A stretch of DNA of 63,482 nt, filler included, from Octopus bimaculoides (taxonomy: Eukaryota), in NCBI RefSeq assembly GCF_001194135.2. It is 5 parts of 5 records of this genome, joined end to end, with 100 filler letters (N's around TTAATTAATTAA, not from the genome) between each part and the next. Parts side by side here need not be neighbours in the genome. Positions count along the whole stretch, not along the records: positions 60,124 to 63,482 come from NC_069000.1; 4 more parts are not named here. One strand, written 5' to 3'. The notes beneath the pieces are model-generated. The model was not told the origin of the DNA and did no database searches. It saw only the letters and a list, made by a program, of their open reading frames with translations. Shown piece after piece: positions 62,313-63,482 of this stretch (the stretch's first letter is position 1; every line of letters begins with the position of its first letter). The translations under genes and the position numbers were made by a program.

Positions 62313-63482
62313 TTTATTTTATTATTTAATTTTGTTAGTAAATACGTAAATAACAGCCTGGGAAAACCAGGATTTTCATAAAAAGAAATTAACCAACCAA
62401 TTCGCATATTACAACTGACAATCTAGAAGCAGAACAGTAAAAATATGCAAGTTCAAAATGTGACACTGTTTTTTTGTTATCTAGATTCCAACGATAGAAG
62501 TTTTGTATCTTAATTAGAAACCATCTTCTTCCTTACAGGGGAACTTCAAATAATTAAAAACAGAAGGGAACACACATACACGCACGCATCCATACCTACA
62601 TACATGTGTGTGCGGGTGTGTGTGTACATTATTACTATTCGACAGAGTCACATTAAATGATTCTAAAAAACAGCCGAATCACTCGAGAGAAACAGATACG
62701 TAATGTAACACATACACTCACTCACAGTCCTTGCAAACAACGACACTCAACGAATAACAGATGATCTTCTGCCTTTATGACACTATATCTAATGCATTCT
62801 GAATCTTAACACACCGCACGTGTGTTTAACAGCGTTACATGTAGTGTATATACATTCAGGTTGAAAGGCAAGGAAGAATTTGGTGTTTAGCTGACATAGA
62901 ATATAAACATCAAGTTAACATATTAGCTATTACGTTCCGCTGCTACCATGTAACTCAATACAAGCTCTTTCGTGGTCGAATGCTTGGTGACTACACCGTA
63001 TGGATAGTCTGTGCATCAAGTGAAATAATAAAAAGAAAAACTAGAAAACCCCCAACAAAATACGACAAAGAACAAAGGGGTTTTTTTGGCGAACAGAGGA
63101 GATATTAAAAAACGCGGTTGACTGCATTTCATCTCTTTATTCTGTGGATGACTGCATTATGAAACACTCAATTAAATAAGCGTTTCTGTATTGAATTGAA
63201 AATTGTTTATATTCTGTAATGATTAATGGGCCATGATTATTGGAGGTGGGTCGGTCGATAAATTCGACCCACAGTACTTGACTGGTACTTTTATCGACCT
63301 CACAAGGATGAAAGCCCCCAAAAAAAACAGGATCCAAACTCAGAATAAAAGAGCCGTATTATTTAGTTTGAGTATATATATATTGTGTGTATGTATGTAT
63401 GCATGTCTATCTATCTATCTATCTATCTATCTATATATCCGTCTTTCTATCTGTGTCTGTCTGCCAGATTCTCTATCTATCT

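Noticed and set aside
62940-63030. GDYT-containing frame as the next aminotransferase exon (expected YxDYTASG)
   Set aside because: The rest of the motif does not match and there is no suitable acceptor or donor.

Overview
AT-rich, gap-ridden eukaryotic scaffold. It is probably an octopod cephalopod (inferred from the SINE families and microsatellite load, not proven). (1) A complete 12-coding-exon ANKS3 gene lies on the + strand (3715-23245, about 926 aa: ankyrin repeats, long disordered linker, SAM domain, coiled coil). (2) The last three coding exons of a TBC1D9/TBC1D8-family Rab-GAP lie on the - strand (36297-39686), tail-to-tail with ANKS3. (3) The first one or two coding exons of a class-V aminotransferase/cysteine-desulfurase-like gene lie on the + strand (50770-51329). 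The remainder is tRNA-derived SINEs (at least 3 families), LINE remnants (RTE, CR1/L2-like, Tx1-like, R4/Dong-like, Penelope), DNA transposon remnants (mariner, pogo, piggyBac-type MITE, Helitron-like), mini/microsatellites and N gaps, four of which carry an artificial TTAATTAATTAA linker. The most interesting signal is a set of minimal type-I hammerhead-ribozyme folds found by reading the repeats. One at 29047-29097 (-) has a G3-C8 swapped core in a Penelope terminal region. One at 53743-53801 (-) sits inside a ~360-bp tandem-plus-inverted, retrozyme-like non-coding element. Four decayed or variant copies are also present. All calls were made by eye; no database search or folding software was run.
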